Source: Nageia nagi
Lineage: Eukaryota > Plantae > Pinophyta
Direction of reading: 5' to 3'
Length of the DNA stretch: 64,000 bases
Assembly: GCA_050084985.1 (NCBI GenBank)
Contig: JBITNC010000002.1
Coordinates: 26,164,001 to 26,228,000, forward strand
The notes under the pieces are model-generated. The model was not told the origin of the DNA, made no database searches, and saw only the letters and a program-made list of their open reading frames with translations. Made by a program: the position numbers and the translations under genes. Below, piece after piece: positions 63,552-64,000 of the stretch. The number at the start of each line of letters is the position of its first letter. Positions within the stretch are counted from its first letter, which is position 1.

Positions 63552-64000
63552 TGTGATGCCCCCTTTGTATTCTGGACAACTTTAGTGGATTCTTGAGAAT
63601 CCCATTGTAATATAGGTTTACTTTGTGTTATTCTTTCATATTGTAACTCGGGATAGGAGACTATTGGGTCATTGACCCTATTTGTGAGCCCCAAGTGGGA
63701 CGTCTCCCTCTTGTGGAATAGCATAGGAGATGTATTAGTGTAGTTGGCTCATTATGGATGCGTCAGGCCAAGAGTGGCCCTACGTCTGCCCTAAGAGACC
63801 TAGCGACACCTTGAGGCCCCATGATAGCTCCCCCGTGCATGCATGGCACCCTCGAAGCATGCGCTAGCCATTTGAGCATGAGGAAGACCCACGTGGCATG
63901 TTTGGGCACTTAAACACCCACTTTGGGCATTATGGGCCCCTTAGTTGGTCAACATTGGAAATAAAGGGGAAGTTGGTAACTTTGAGGTAGGAACACAACA
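63552..64000 (+). mobile_element. Start of an LTR related to the 44080 gypsy family, truncated by the window end
   Basis: Begins TGTGATGCCCCCTTTGTA (cf. TGTGACGTCCCCCTTGTA) and shares TGTGAGCCCCAAGTGGGACGTCTCCCTC with ~44212-44240. Confidence 0.8.

Overview
AT-rich eukaryotic plant DNA, most likely gymnosperm (inferred from the giant introns and the transposon repertoire). One host gene on the + strand spans the whole window. It encodes a coiled-coil protein I recognise as a homologue of Arabidopsis At2g14680/MEE13 (MGDSTNNISSLMYRIEQLEQ-ERDELRRDIEQLCMQQSG...RTAGLEQETETLKQKLVACTRENHKLQEELSEVYHIK-SQFAELYESEREK). It has probable 5'UTR exons near 0.6-0.9 kb, coding exons at 30478-30540, 61316-61409, 61582-61690 and 61839-61877, and continues past the window. 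Its two ~30-kb introns hold nested transposons: three Ty1/copia elements with paired LTRs, several Ty3/gypsy elements (Ogre/Tat-like, chromovirus-like and a chimera), an L1 LINE interrupted twice, hAT elements and MITEs with 8-bp TSDs, and tandem repeats. The most unusual items are (i) an LTR element without recognisable gag/pol that carries an intronless PDS5 (cohesin regulator) N-terminus directly behind its primer-binding site, and (ii) a 7-unit array of double hairpins with compensatory base changes in the 3' region of a young copia element. All homology calls come from motif recognition and recall; no searches were run.
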